Below, in pieces: positions 11,428 through 21,989 of a stretch of 32,000 nucleotides of DNA. Made by a program: the position numbers and the translations under genes. The stretch is from Methanothermus fervidus DSM 2088 (GTDB taxonomy: Archaea > Methanobacteriota > Methanobacteria > DSM-2088 > Methanothermaceae): NCBI GenBank assembly GCA_000166095.1, contig CP002278.1:570001-602000 (forward strand). The letters are read 5' to 3'. Positions within the stretch are counted from its first letter, which is position 1; the number at the start of each line of letters is the position of its first letter. The notes under the pieces were generated by a model. That model was given only the letters and a program-made list of their open reading frames with translations, did not search any database and had not been told where the DNA came from.

Positions 11428-12561
11428 ATGAAAATGAAGTTCATATGGTTACTTTTGCCTAAAGGGGACTGGGAATACAAAAAGAAATTTGTAACAACAG
11501 CCTTAGAATCAGGAATTGATCATATAGTGGACTTTAGTAACGATATCGACAAAATTAAAAAACTTGGTAATATTAAAGTTATATCAAATAGAGAAAATGC
11601 GGACATATTTTTAATTGGTAAAAATGGAGAAGGAAATGGTACATTGTCTGTTCCTAGTGATGCTAAAGAATCTAAAGATATTGCAACTGCTACGAGTTTT
11701 AAGAAAAAGGGAAAAGTTACTGCTGCATATGTAGAGGTAACTAGTAAAAAACATGAAAAATTAGCTAGAAACATTGGGAAAGTTGTGGATTATGTAATAT
11801 TGGTTGGCAAAGATTGGAAGGTAATACCTCTAGAAAATGTAATAGCAGATTTACAGGGTGAAAAAGCAAAAATAATTGCGGCAGTTTCAGACGTTGATGA
11901 AGCAAAAGTGGCATTGGAAACATTGGAACATGGAGCTGATGGTATATTAATACAGCCATCAAAACTATCTGAAATAAAAGAATTTGTAAAAGTGGTTGAA
12001 GACATTGAAGCAAAGAGATATGATCTCAAAACAGCTAAGATAACTAAGATAAAACCTGTGGGATCTGGTGACAGAGTATGTATAGATACGTGTTCATTGA
12101 TGAATATTGGTGAAGGAATGCTTGTTGGATCTTATTCTCATGGATTTTTCTTAGTTCATAGTGAAACTCTTGAAAGTGAATATGTTGAGGCAAGACCTTT
12201 CAGAGTAAATGCAGGGCCAGTGCATGCATATATAATGATGCCTAACCACAAAACCAAATATCTTTCAGAATTAAAAAGTGGCGATGAGGTCTTAATTGTT
12301 GACAGTAAAGGCAATGGAAGAAAAGCTATTGTAGGCAGAGTAAAAATCGAGAAAAGACCTTTATTGCTTATAGAAGCTGAGTGTGAAGGTATGAAAATTG
12401 CAACTTTACTTCAAAATGCAGAAACAATTAGACTTGTAAATGAAAAAGGTAAGCCAGTGTCAGTTTCAGAGTTAAAAGAAGGTGATAAAGTATTAGTTCA
12501 TATAGAAGAAAGCGCCAGACATTTTGGAATGGCTATAAAAGAAAGTATAATTGAGAAATAG
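11428..12561 (+). CDS. aroB': 3-dehydroquinate synthase II
   Basis: WLLLPKGDWEYKK, VIPLENVIADLQ, GADGILIQPS, GSGDRVCIDTCSLMNIGEGMLVGSYSHGFFLVHSE, RPFRVNAGPVHAYI. Confidence 0.93.
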   Translation: MKMKFIWLLLPKGDWEYKKKFVTTALESGIDHIVDFSNDIDKIKKLGNIKVISNRENADIFLIGKNGEGNGTLSVPSDAKESKDIATATSFKKKGKVTAAYVEVTSKKHEKLARNIGKVVDYVILVGKDWKVIPLENVIADLQGEKAKIIAAVSDVDEAKVALETLEHGADGILIQPSKLSEIKEFVKVVEDIEAKRYDLKTAKITKIKPVGSGDRVCIDTCSLMNIGEGMLVGSYSHGFFLVHSETLESEYVEARPFRVNAGPVHAYIMMPNHKTKYLSELKSGDEVLIVDSKGNGRKAIVGRVKIEKRPLLLIEAECEGMKIATLLQNAETIRLVNEKGKPVSVSELKEGDKVLVHIEESARHFGMAIKESIIEK

Positions 12562-12569
12562 GTGATAAG

Positions 12570-13124
12570 TTGAGAACTTTTTTAGCTATTGATCTCGATT
12601 CAGAGTTACATCAAAAAGTAATTGAAATTCAGAAAAAATTAAAGGAAACTAAAGCAGACATAAAATTTGTAACACCTGAAAATTTACATTTTACACTTAA
12701 ATTTTTTGGTAATATTGATGAAAAACAATTAAATGAAATATCAAATATTGTTAAAAAGAGTATAGAAGATTTTCATGAGTTTGAATTGCATCTGAAAGGC
12801 ATTGGAGTTTTTCCAAATAAAAAATATATTCGTGTCATTTGGATTGGTGTAGACAATCCTGAATATTTCATCAAGTTACAGAAAAAATTAGACATTGAAT
12901 TTAATAAAATAGGTTTTGATTTGGAAAGAGATTACGTTCCTCATTTAACCATTGGCAGGGTAAAAACTGCAAGAAATAAAGATAGATTAATCAAAAAAAT
13001 AAATGAATTAGAAAATGTAACTGTAGGTTCGATGAAAGTTAAAGAATTATCTCTCAAAAAAAGTATATTGAGGCCTGAAGGTCCAAAGTACAAAGACTTA
13101 CAAATATTCACTCTTAGTAAGTGA
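12570..13124 (+). CDS. thpR: RNA 2',3'-cyclic phosphodiesterase (2'-5' RNA ligase family)
   Basis: Two HxT motifs, ENLHFTLKFFG and VPHLTIGRVK; TTG start. Confidence 0.9.
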   Translation: MRTFLAIDLDSELHQKVIEIQKKLKETKADIKFVTPENLHFTLKFFGNIDEKQLNEISNIVKKSIEDFHEFELHLKGIGVFPNKKYIRVIWIGVDNPEYFIKLQKKLDIEFNKIGFDLERDYVPHLTIGRVKTARNKDRLIKKINELENVTVGSMKVKELSLKKSILRPEGPKYKDLQIFTLSK

Positions 13125-13128
13125 TACT

Positions 13129-14490
13129 ATGAAGTACAGAGAAATATTGGATGAAATAAAACCTAAAAAGTCTGAAAAGGAAAAAATAGAAACGCTTTGC
13201 AAAACATTAATTGACAATATTAATGACATTGCCAAGAAAGAAAACATACCTGTTGAGGCAACACTTGTAGGTTCTGTTGCAAAAGGCACATGGCTTTCTG
13301 GAAAAGCAGATATAGATATTTTTCTACCATTTCCATTAACTACACCAGAAGATGAACTCAGAGAAAAAGGCTTATATCTAGGACATGAATGCATAAAAAA
13401 AGTTGGGGGAAAAGCTGAAGAAAAATATGCTGCACATCCATATGTTACTGGTCATATACAGGGATATGAAGTTGATTTTGTACCATGTTATAAAATAAAA
13501 GATGCTAATCAACTTAGATCAGCCGTAGATCGAACACTATTACATACAAAATATATACAAGAAAATTTAGATGAAGAGAAGAAAGATGAAGTGTTGTTGC
13601 TAAAAAAATTTATGGAAGGAATTGAAACCTATGGTTCAGAATTTAAAGTTGGTGGTTTTTCAGGTTATTTATGCGAACTTTTAATCCTTTATTATGATTC
13701 ATTTGAAAATGTTTTAAAGGCTGCCAGTAATGAATGGAGACCTGGTTATGTTATAGATATAGAAAATTATGGAACTTCAAGGAAATTTAGAGATCCTTTA
13801 ATAGTTATAGATCCTGTTGATAAAAATAGAAATGTTGCCTCTGCATTAACAATGCAAAAAATGACTGAATTTATAGTTGCAGCTAGAAATTTCCTTGAAA
13901 ATCCAAAAAAAGATTACTTTTACCCTGTGAAACTTAAAGTTTCAAAAGAAGAATTAAAAAAAGAAATTAAAAAAAGAGGAAGTAGGATAGTTGCAGTTAT
14001 CTTTAAACATCCAAAATTACCTGCAGACACACTTTATCCACAATTGAAAAAAACAGAAATGTCCATTAAGAAGCATTTAAACAAAGAAGGATTTAAAGTG
14101 CTTAGAAGTGGACACTGGAGTAATGAAGAAGATTTAGGATTTTTAATATTTGAATTTGAAGTTTGGAGATTACCTAAATATAAAAAACATTTTGGTCCGA
14201 AATTTTGGATAAAAAAACATTATTACAGGTTTTTAAGAAAATATGGTAAAGAAAATGTGTGGGTAGAGAAAGACAGAGTTGTATCAAGAAGGGAAAGGAA
14301 AAATTACAAAGTAGAATCTTATATAAAAGAATTATTAAAAAGTGGAAAAATAAGAGTAGGTAAAGACATTAAAAATTATGTTAGTAAATCCAAGGTAATG
14401 AATGAAACAGAATTCTTAGATTATGTGCCAAAACAATCTTTAGAATTTCTAAAAAAATTTTTAAATCCAGGCATACATTTATGGAGATAG
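13129..14490 (+). CDS. cca: CCA tRNA nucleotidyltransferase, archaeal class I
   Basis: 453 aa; VGSVAKGTWLSGKADIDIFLPFP, AAHPYVTGHIQGYEVDFVPCYKI, SAVDRTLLHTKY, GGFSGYLCELLILYY. Confidence 0.95.
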   Translation: MKYREILDEIKPKKSEKEKIETLCKTLIDNINDIAKKENIPVEATLVGSVAKGTWLSGKADIDIFLPFPLTTPEDELREKGLYLGHECIKKVGGKAEEKYAAHPYVTGHIQGYEVDFVPCYKIKDANQLRSAVDRTLLHTKYIQENLDEEKKDEVLLLKKFMEGIETYGSEFKVGGFSGYLCELLILYYDSFENVLKAASNEWRPGYVIDIENYGTSRKFRDPLIVIDPVDKNRNVASALTMQKMTEFIVAARNFLENPKKDYFYPVKLKVSKEELKKEIKKRGSRIVAVIFKHPKLPADTLYPQLKKTEMSIKKHLNKEGFKVLRSGHWSNEEDLGFLIFEFEVWRLPKYKKHFGPKFWIKKHYYRFLRKYGKENVWVEKDRVVSRRERKNYKVESYIKELLKSGKIRVGKDIKNYVSKSKVMNETEFLDYVPKQSLEFLKKFLNPGIHLWR

Positions 14491-14497
14491 AGGGGCA

Positions 14498-15391
14498 ATG
14501 AAATTCAGAGAAATCAGTGAAGAAGAAAGAAGGAGATATTATAGACATTGGAGTGTAAAAAAAGTACCTAAATTTATAATAAAATCTCTAAAATTTAGAG
14601 AATTTGCTTTTGATCATGATGGAAGTGGTCCTAGCGATAGATACCGTAGCTTTAAAAATAAGAGAAAGTTAGAGAAATTCATCAAAATTAGGGCACCTTA
14701 TGCTATATATTCTTCAGTAGCATTCTATGAGAAACCTCATAAAAGAGAAGGTTGGAAAGGGGCAGAACTTGTTTTTGATATAGATGCAAAAGATTTGCCT
14801 ATTAAAAAATGTAAATGTAAAAATGCATGTGAAATTTGTTTAGAACAGGCAAAAGACATTGTTAAAATAATAAACAGTATATTAAGGAATGATTTTGGAT
14901 TAGAAAAAATTCATATTATTTATTCTGGTCGTGGATACCATATTCGTGTTCTTGATAAAGATGTTTTGGAATTGGATAGTGAAGTGAGGCGTGAGATATT
15001 AAAATATGTTGTTGGTTGGGATGATCCAGGCAGCGATGTATTTTTCACAATACCAATAGGTTATCCCAAAGTATTTACAAAGTGGATGAAATATATTTTT
15101 TTAAATATTGATGAGAATTCCAAAGTTGAGGGAATATCACGCTATACCTTAAGAAAAATTAGGAAAAATAGAGAAAAAATTAAAAAAAATGAATTTGGTA
15201 AACTTAGAATCAATTTAAAAAGATTGATAGATCCTATAAGAAATATAAATTCAAAACTTGTTGATACAAAAGTCACAATTGATGTTAATAGGATCCTCAG
15301 ATTACCTGGAAGTGTTCATTCAAAAGTTGGAGCAGTGTGTACAGAAGTCAATAGCTTAGATGACTTTAATCCAGAGGAGTGTTTAATATGA
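14498..15391 (+). CDS. priS: DNA primase small (catalytic) subunit, C-terminally short
   Basis: 297 aa; FAFDHDG, AELVFDIDAKD, Cys cluster CKCKNACEIC, IIYSGRGYHIRVLD, ILRLPGSVHSKVG; ends shortly after SLDDFNP. Confidence 0.92.
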   Translation: MKFREISEEERRRYYRHWSVKKVPKFIIKSLKFREFAFDHDGSGPSDRYRSFKNKRKLEKFIKIRAPYAIYSSVAFYEKPHKREGWKGAELVFDIDAKDLPIKKCKCKNACEICLEQAKDIVKIINSILRNDFGLEKIHIIYSGRGYHIRVLDKDVLELDSEVRREILKYVVGWDDPGSDVFFTIPIGYPKVFTKWMKYIFLNIDENSKVEGISRYTLRKIRKNREKIKKNEFGKLRINLKRLIDPIRNINSKLVDTKVTIDVNRILRLPGSVHSKVGAVCTEVNSLDDFNPEECLI

Positions 15392-16569
15392 AAATATTTT
15401 TCATTGATCCATTGAGTAAAGAAGGTAAAGAAATAATTAGGCAAGATGATTCTCTAGATAATTTATTTGATAAACAAAGTATTGGGTACAGTTATGCTGA
15501 CATTGGATTGGCTAGATTAAAATGGTATTTTAATAAAAATTTCAGAGAATATGAATTTTTGTTTGATGAAAATATTGCAGAGTATGATGTAAAAGCTTTC
15601 TATGCATTGGCTCAGGCAATTGCAATAAAATTTGGGTCTAGTTCTCGTGAATCACGAATATTAATAGATTCACAAAAAGAACTAACTAAAGAAAGATTAA
15701 AATTATATCCCAGGTTAGAGGAAAAATTCATTGAAAAATTTGGAGACATTGTCAAGTGGACAGAATTAAAAGATGCCATAAAATATGGTAATATACGGTT
15801 TAAAGATTTATTGCTAGATGAAGGTAAAGTAATTTTAAGTGAAAAAAAATTTCAGGAAAAATTTGGAAAAAGATTTAAAAATAGAGATATTGGAAGGTTT
15901 TATAGGAAAATTGTAGGAAATAAACTAAAAGATATTATTTCAGGAATAGTCGCTGCAAAAGTCAAAAAATATATTAACAAAGTTTATGAGAAGGTTAAAT
16001 CTCAAGAAATTAAACCACATCCTAATATCAAAAAGATTGCAAAAGAAATATCTAGGATAACCACACGTCCCTCAAACATTGTTATAAAGCCAATGAAAAA
16101 ATCTCCACTGGATCCTAATGCATTTCCACCTTGTATAAAAAAAGCATTACAGGGTGTAAAATCAGGCTTAAGAAATTATGCCATAGTTACACTTTTAACA
16201 CCTTTTCTTTCACGTGCAAGACTTTGTCCAACGCTTTCTGGAAAGCGTAACTTAAAGATCTCTGATTATGATCCTAAGTTGAATATATTAAAAAATGAGA
16301 TACTTCCAATGATTTATAAAGCTGCAGAGAGATGTGACCCTCCTCTTTTTGAAGACGATCCACAAGAAAAACGTAATATAATTGCTAAATTAGGTTTTGG
16401 ACTTCATGAGGAACCTCATCTTGAAAATGAAGGGGAAAGCGAATGGTATTCTCCAATGAATTGTGATAAAATTCAAATATATGCTCCTGAATTATGTGAT
16501 CCTGATGAAACATGTAAAAAAGTCAACAATCCTCTAGTATATTATTTAAAAAAGAAAGGAGGGGATTAG
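15388..16569 (+). CDS. priL: DNA primase large subunit
   Basis: [41 protein letters not shown]-terminal Cys residues for the Fe-S site. SD GAGGAG positions the ATG at 15388, which overlaps the priS stop as ATGA. Confidence 0.88.
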   Translation: MKIFFIDPLSKEGKEIIRQDDSLDNLFDKQSIGYSYADIGLARLKWYFNKNFREYEFLFDENIAEYDVKAFYALAQAIAIKFGSSSRESRILIDSQKELTKERLKLYPRLEEKFIEKFGDIVKWTELKDAIKYGNIRFKDLLLDEGKVILSEKKFQEKFGKRFKNRDIGRFYRKIVGNKLKDIISGIVAAKVKKYINKVYEKVKSQEIKPHPNIKKIAKEISRITTRPSNIVIKPMKKSPLDPNAFPPCIKKALQGVKSGLRNYAIVTLLTPFLSRARLCPTLSGKRNLKISDYDPKLNILKNEILPMIYKAAERCDPPLFEDDPQEKRNIIAKLGFGLHEEPHLENEGESEWYSPMNCDKIQIYAPELCDPDETCKKVNNPLVYYLKKKGGD

Positions 16570-16570
16570 T

Positions 16571-18223
16571 TTGAAAATTTTTGTAACTTGTGCACTGCCA
16601 TATGCAAATGGTCCATTACATCTTGGTCATTTACGATCAACCTATATTCCAGCAGACATATATTCAAGATATCAACGTATGGTTGGAAATGATGTATTAT
16701 TTGTTTGTGCAACAGATGAACATGGGACTCCAATAGCAGTTAAGGCAGAAAAAGAAGGAAAAGATCCATTAGAAATAACAACAAAATATTATAAGAAAAT
16801 AAAATCAGATTTAGATAAATGTGATATTTCATTTGATAATTTTTCAAGGACTAGCAGCGATATTCATTATAAAGTTGCACAAAATTTTTTCTTGAAATTG
16901 TATAAGAAAGGATACATTTATGAAAAAGAAATAAAACAATTCTATTGTACGAATTGTAAAAGGTTTTTACCTGATAGATATGTGGAAGGTATTTGTCCAT
17001 ACTGTGATTCTGAAGGTGCAAGAGGAGACCATTGTGAAGTATGTGGTAGACATCTAGAAGTTTTAGAACTTATAAAACCACGGTGTATATTATGTTCTGG
17101 AGAACCTGAAATAAGGAAATCAAAACATTATTTTTTTAAATTATCAAAATTTCAGAAGAAATTGAAGGAATGGGTTGAAAATAATGAAGAATTACCATCA
17201 AATGTCAAAAATTATACATTAGAATGGCTAAAGGAAGGATTAAATGATTGGATAATGACAAGAGATATGAAATGGGGAGTACCAGTTCCTCTTGAAGATG
17301 CTGAAGGAAAAGTTATATATGTTTGGGGGGAAGCATTCCTTGGATATATTTCCTCAGCTATTGAGTGGTCAAAGAAAAATAAAAAAGATTGGAAAGAATA
17401 TTGGGACAGTGGGGCCATACATTTCATTGGAAAAGATATAATATATCACCACACAATCTTTTGGCCTGCTATGTTAATGGCCTATGGTTGTAAACTTCCA
17501 AGGACTGTGATAGCTGGTGAATATTTATCATTAGAAGGAAAAAAGATGTCTACAAGTAAAAATTGGGTGGTTTGGGTCTCAGATTTTTTAAAGAGATTTG
17601 ATTCCGATCTTTTAAGGTATTATTTAACAATTAATGCTCCATTAACAAGAGACACAGATTTCTCTTGGGATGATTTCCAGAGAAGAGTAAATGATGAGCT
17701 TGCTGACATCCTTGGAAATTTCATCCATAGAGCTCTAATGTTCACTTATAGATTTTTTGATGCAAAAATACCAGAACCTTCAGAGTTTGGAGAGAAAGAT
17801 ATTGAATTTGAAGAAAGGATAAAAGAATCTCCAAAAATTGTTGGAAATTTCATAGAAAATTTTAAATTTAGAGATGGATTAATAGAGATAATGAAATTAG
17901 CAAGAGATGGTAATAAATACTTTAATGATCAAGAGCCGTGGAAAACATTCAAAGAAAATAAATATAAGGCTGCAACTTGCATATATTTATGTGACCAGGC
18001 TGTAAAAGCTATTGGAGTCTTAATAAAACCATATTTACCAAAAACTTCTTCAAATATTTTAAGCATGCTGAATCTAGATGATAATGTAAGATGGGAAGAT
18101 GCAAATGAATTTATAGAGCCAAATCATAAAATAAATAAACCTAAACCATTATTTTCAAAAATAAAATCAGAAGTAATTGAGAAAGAAAAAACCAAATTAA
18201 AAGAAAAGGTAAAAAATGAATGA
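16571..18223 (+). CDS. metG: Methionyl-tRNA synthetase, catalytic plus anticodon-binding part only
   Basis: 550 aa; [20 protein letters not shown], zinc-knuckle Cys pairs, [11 protein letters not shown]; TTG start; no C-terminal EMAPII/Trbp111-type domain. Confidence 0.95.
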   Translation: MKIFVTCALPYANGPLHLGHLRSTYIPADIYSRYQRMVGNDVLFVCATDEHGTPIAVKAEKEGKDPLEITTKYYKKIKSDLDKCDISFDNFSRTSSDIHYKVAQNFFLKLYKKGYIYEKEIKQFYCTNCKRFLPDRYVEGICPYCDSEGARGDHCEVCGRHLEVLELIKPRCILCSGEPEIRKSKHYFFKLSKFQKKLKEWVENNEELPSNVKNYTLEWLKEGLNDWIMTRDMKWGVPVPLEDAEGKVIYVWGEAFLGYISSAIEWSKKNKKDWKEYWDSGAIHFIGKDIIYHHTIFWPAMLMAYGCKLPRTVIAGEYLSLEGKKMSTSKNWVVWVSDFLKRFDSDLLRYYLTINAPLTRDTDFSWDDFQRRVNDELADILGNFIHRALMFTYRFFDAKIPEPSEFGEKDIEFEERIKESPKIVGNFIENFKFRDGLIEIMKLARDGNKYFNDQEPWKTFKENKYKAATCIYLCDQAVKAIGVLIKPYLPKTSSNILSMLNLDDNVRWEDANEFIEPNHKINKPKPLFSKIKSEVIEKEKTKLKEKVKNE

Positions 18224-19754
18224 AGAAGGATTAATAAGCAGAACAGAAAGATTACTTTCGGAAATAAAAAAAAGTAGCATTAAGGTAGATGACTTAAGGT
18301 CTTATGATAAAGCTTTTAAAATTTATAGAAAATTAAAGAGTACTCTTAATAAGCTTGAAAAAATTAAAAAAACAATGGAACTAAAGGGTTATAGAAGTCC
18401 ATATAGGTCCATAGCTAAATATTCAACTTACATTGAAGAACCTATTCATGAAGAGCCACATGAAATGGCTAGACATGCTAGATATTTCAGAATAAAAGCT
18501 TCTATAAGAAAAAACATATTAGACCGTGTTAATTCAGCTATAGCATCTCATAAAATTGCAATAAGTAACTTAGAGGAATACATAGAGTTAAAGTGTGTTA
18601 GATGTGGAAAAAGATTTAAAATATATGAAAAATGTGAATGTAATAGAGAAGATGAATATAAAGTGGTTCCAAATGAAAAAGGTATCCATAGAATAGAAAT
18701 AATTCCATATCTTCCTTTATCTGGAGATTACATGGTAAAAATATCTAAGTTAAGTAATTGGGCAAGAGAAGCTTTTAAAAAAATTGTACGTACGTTGAGA
18801 CATGAAAAGAGAGGCACGATAAAATCTACTTCTCTTGTCATAAGGGTGTTTGATGGAAAAAGATGGCTCAGAAAAAAAATCGTAATTAATGGTAGTTTTG
18901 AAGAATGTGAGAATAAATTGCGGAAAAAATATGGATCAAATTTACGTATAGAATTTATGCAATTTCATAGAAGAAAGGCAAGGATTATTGATGATAGATA
19001 CATTCGTAATGCACTTGCCTTAGGTTATACTTGTTTTTGTGAAAACAAGATAGAAAAATTAAAAAATGAGATATTTAACAGTGAAATGAAAAATCCTGAA
19101 TATTTTGAAGAATATTTAAGGATTATTAAAGATGTTGAGAGATCATTGTTATCACTGGATCCTGAAATTAGAGAGGAAATTAAAGAAGAGGAGATAAAGA
19201 AGGTTTTAAAAGAAAAAGGTTTTTTAAATGAAAATGAGGAACTCATAAAAGAAATTAGAGAAGATTTAAAAATTAAAAAAGAAATTGAAGAAGTATTTGT
19301 CAATGTCCCTATAACCTTATTATTGTGGGACATAGCTAATTATTATCTTTGCACATCATATGATCGAAGAACTAAACATTCTGGACCTTTTCCTGGCCTA
19401 CGACCAGTTCTAGATAGACATCAAGCAAAAATATTCAATGAATTTAACAAAAAAGCTGTTAAAATAATTAAGAAATATTTTATGGAGAAAATAGAGTACA
19501 TCCCTAACTTAAATGAAATAATCCTTGAAAATTTCAAAATAGAAAGGAAAATGAAAGGTCTTAGACTTAAAACAGATCCTTTTGCATTTGGGGCAGCCAT
19601 TGTTAACTTGAAGTCTGATATTGATATAGAAAAATGTTCTAAATTGTTTTCAACAACGCCTAAGAATATTAAAAGAGAAAAGAGAAACATAAAAATTATT
19701 ACAAAACCTTCATCAGACAAGGCTAAAAGATTCTTAGAGATTGTTAGAGGTTAG
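18216..19754 (+). CDS. DUF530-like conserved methanogen protein
   Basis: 512 aa; [16 protein letters not shown] zinc-binding-like segment and [20 protein letters not shown]; family assignment from memory. Confidence 0.6.
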   Translation: MNEEGLISRTERLLSEIKKSSIKVDDLRSYDKAFKIYRKLKSTLNKLEKIKKTMELKGYRSPYRSIAKYSTYIEEPIHEEPHEMARHARYFRIKASIRKNILDRVNSAIASHKIAISNLEEYIELKCVRCGKRFKIYEKCECNREDEYKVVPNEKGIHRIEIIPYLPLSGDYMVKISKLSNWAREAFKKIVRTLRHEKRGTIKSTSLVIRVFDGKRWLRKKIVINGSFEECENKLRKKYGSNLRIEFMQFHRRKARIIDDRYIRNALALGYTCFCENKIEKLKNEIFNSEMKNPEYFEEYLRIIKDVERSLLSLDPEIREEIKEEEIKKVLKEKGFLNENEELIKEIREDLKIKKEIEEVFVNVPITLLLWDIANYYLCTSYDRRTKHSGPFPGLRPVLDRHQAKIFNEFNKKAVKIIKKYFMEKIEYIPNLNEIILENFKIERKMKGLRLKTDPFAFGAAIVNLKSDIDIEKCSKLFSTTPKNIKREKRNIKIITKPSSDKAKRFLEIVRG

Positions 19755-19770
19755 AAAACAGGGAGGTAAA

Positions 19771-20238
19771 ATGGCAAGAAAAATACATGTTACAAAGCCA
19801 TTAACAATAAAAACAATAACAGAATTATTAGAAAAAAATCCAGACCTTGAAGAAATTACATGTCCTGCAAGTTTATATCGTCGAATATCTCCTAAATATA
19901 TTAAGGCCTTGAAAGAATTAGGTGTTAAAGTTAGAGCCACAAAAAGAGGAAGAGGAAGGCCCAGAAAATATTCAGAAAAGGACAAAGCGATGGTAAATAG
20001 ATTACTTAAAAAAGGCAAAACTCCAAAAGAAGTTTCTAAAATTATGAATATACCTCTAAAGACTGTGTATTACCTCAAAGGAAACTTAAAACTTAAAAGA
20101 GGTAAAAAACCAAAATACACGAAAGAAACAAGGTTAAAAGTTAAAAAGATGGCTAAAAAAGGAGTTAGTGCTAGAGAAATATCTAAAAAAATGAACATAC
20201 CTTTAAGAACTGTCTATTACATATTAAGGAGTGAGTAG
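19771..20238 (+). CDS. DNA-binding protein: DUF1699-like N-terminus, AT-hook-like RGRGRPRKY, two tandem HTH units
   Basis: GGGAGG SD before ATG 19771. RGRGRPRKY is followed by KKGKTPKEVSKIMNIPLKTVYYL and KKGVSAREISKKMNIPLRTVYYI. Confidence 0.65.
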   Translation: MARKIHVTKPLTIKTITELLEKNPDLEEITCPASLYRRISPKYIKALKELGVKVRATKRGRGRPRKYSEKDKAMVNRLLKKGKTPKEVSKIMNIPLKTVYYLKGNLKLKRGKKPKYTKETRLKVKKMAKKGVSAREISKKMNIPLRTVYYILRSE

Positions 20239-21169
20239 TGATCAAATGTTACCCACATTATCTGCATTCATAGTATCGTTCTTAGCTACATACTTAATAA
20301 TGCCAAAATTGATTAAGAAGTTAAAAAATGCGGAAATTATAGGTAAAGACATACATAAGCCAACAAAACCACTTATTCCAGAAATGGGTGGTTTAGGTAT
20401 CTTATTAGGGTTTTTTTTAGGAGTTTCTATTGCTTATTTTTTATTACCTCATTATCATTTTTTATTGGCTTTAGTGGTTGTATTTTTTGTAGGGATTGTA
20501 GGTGTAATAGATGACCTTGTGAATTTATCTTGGAAAGAAAAAATATTTTTATTATTTTTTTCCTCTTTACCAGTTATCTTCACTTTCCCAAAAACAATTT
20601 TTTATTTAATCTTAATACCTTTAGCATTTATAGTGGTGCCCAATTTAACTAATATGTTAGCAGGGTTAAATGGTCTTGAATCTGGTTTAGGATCAATAGT
20701 AATGTTCTTTATAACAATTGTGTGTGTTATTTTAGGAAAATTTCATGTTACTCCAATATCTGCTGCAATGTTTGGGTCTTTATTTGCATTTTTACTCTAT
20801 AACAAATATCCAGCACGTATTTTTCCAGGAGATGTTGGAACATTGACAATAGGAGCATGTATTTGTGTTGTTGCATTTTTTGGAAATATAGAATTCATCG
20901 TTTTAATTATGCTAATGCCTTATATTATAGATGCCTCACTTAAGTTTTTTTCTGCTGGAATAATGGAAAGATCACAGCATAAACCAACAAAAGTTACAAA
21001 GGATGGATTACTTGTTCTTCCAAAAGAAAGAAATTTTAACTCACTTATTAGGCTGTTATTACTTAAAAAACCTATGAAAGAGAATGAAATTGTTAAAATA
21101 ATATGGGTAATAGAAATAATCTTTTGTATTCTCGCTGTTTTATTAACCTATGCTTATGATTTTGTTTAA
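20231..21169 (+). CDS. Glycosyltransferase family 4, UDP-GlcNAc:polyprenyl-phosphate GlcNAc-1-phosphate transferase (AglH-like)
   Basis: Polytopic membrane protein; VGVIDDLVNL, VPNLTNMLAGLNGLESG, ARIFPGDVGTLTIGA, QHKPTKVTKDGLL. Confidence 0.85.
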   Translation: MSSDQMLPTLSAFIVSFLATYLIMPKLIKKLKNAEIIGKDIHKPTKPLIPEMGGLGILLGFFLGVSIAYFLLPHYHFLLALVVVFFVGIVGVIDDLVNLSWKEKIFLLFFSSLPVIFTFPKTIFYLILIPLAFIVVPNLTNMLAGLNGLESGLGSIVMFFITIVCVILGKFHVTPISAAMFGSLFAFLLYNKYPARIFPGDVGTLTIGACICVVAFFGNIEFIVLIMLMPYIIDASLKFFSAGIMERSQHKPTKVTKDGLLVLPKERNFNSLIRLLLLKKPMKENEIVKIIWVIEIIFCILAVLLTYAYDFV

Positions 21170-21239
21170 TACTCTTCTAAATAAATTTTTATCTTTTTCT
21201 TTTTTCAGTGCTTTGAAACTTTCGATGATAACTTCTTCA

Positions 21240-21989
21240 CTACTTTTTGATAATTCCCCCCCCCGCAACAATACTGCGAAGCATTTTTGCAAAACTATTT
21301 ATCTTTCTCAAGCCTGCCTCCTTTGAATATTTTATACATTTATCAAAGGATTTTTCTGCATGCTTATACCAACCTCTTCTCAAATTTCTAATTGAATATA
21401 AAAAATATAGGTAAGAGCATGCTTTCTCATCACCTATTGCTTCAGCAATGTTGATAGCCTCTTCCAATGGTAAAATTGATGAATTCCTGTAAAGTTCTAA
21501 ATATTCTTCTGGGATTTTGAGTTCTGAAACTAAATCATCGGCAATTTCTTTTAATTTATCCAATTTAACTTCAATTTTTTTAGAAGAGTCTTCTGGGAAT
21601 TCTTTATACAAACCTCTAATTTTTGAAGCTTCCATTGCTTTTTTTACTCTTTCAACCTCACGAATTTTTTCTAAGACCCTATCCCTATCTTCTCCTTTTA
21701 GATTTTTAAGTAATTGTTTATACAATTCTAGACTCTCATCTACTTTTTTCTGAGTAAAATATATATCAGCTAATGATTCTTGGATGTAATTTTTATATAT
21801 GTTGTCATTAATTTCCTCTGCAATGTCACGTGCTTTAAGGAGATTATCTATAGCTTTCTCAAATTTTTCATCATCAAAGTAATGTTTACTTAATTCACAT
21901 AAAATTTCCATTTCTCTTCTCTTAATTTTAGTTAATTCATCTAAAAGACTTTCAATACTTTTTTTCTTGCCAAATAACTTGCCAATCAT
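21240..21989 (-). CDS. TPR-like helical repeat protein; 3' end uncertain because of G9 tract
   Basis: CELSKHYFDDEKFEKAIDNLLKARDIAEEI, ESLADIYFTQKKVDESLELYKQLL; C-terminus set by a homopolymer. Confidence 0.6.
   Translation of the reverse strand: MIGKLFGKKKSIESLLDELTKIKRREMEILCELSKHYFDDEKFEKAIDNLLKARDIAEEINDNIYKNYIQESLADIYFTQKKVDESLELYKQLLKNLKGEDRDRVLEKIREVERVKKAMEASKIRGLYKEFPEDSSKKIEVKLDKLKEIADDLVSELKIPEEYLELYRNSSILPLEEAINIAEAIGDEKACSYLYFLYSIRNLRRGWYKHAEKSFDKCIKYSKEAGLRKINSFAKMLRSIVAGGGIIKK

Noticed and set aside
11765-12013. Leu/Gln/Pro-rich antisense ORF within DHQ synthase II
   Set aside because: Composition is typical of reverse-frame reading of an AT-rich gene.
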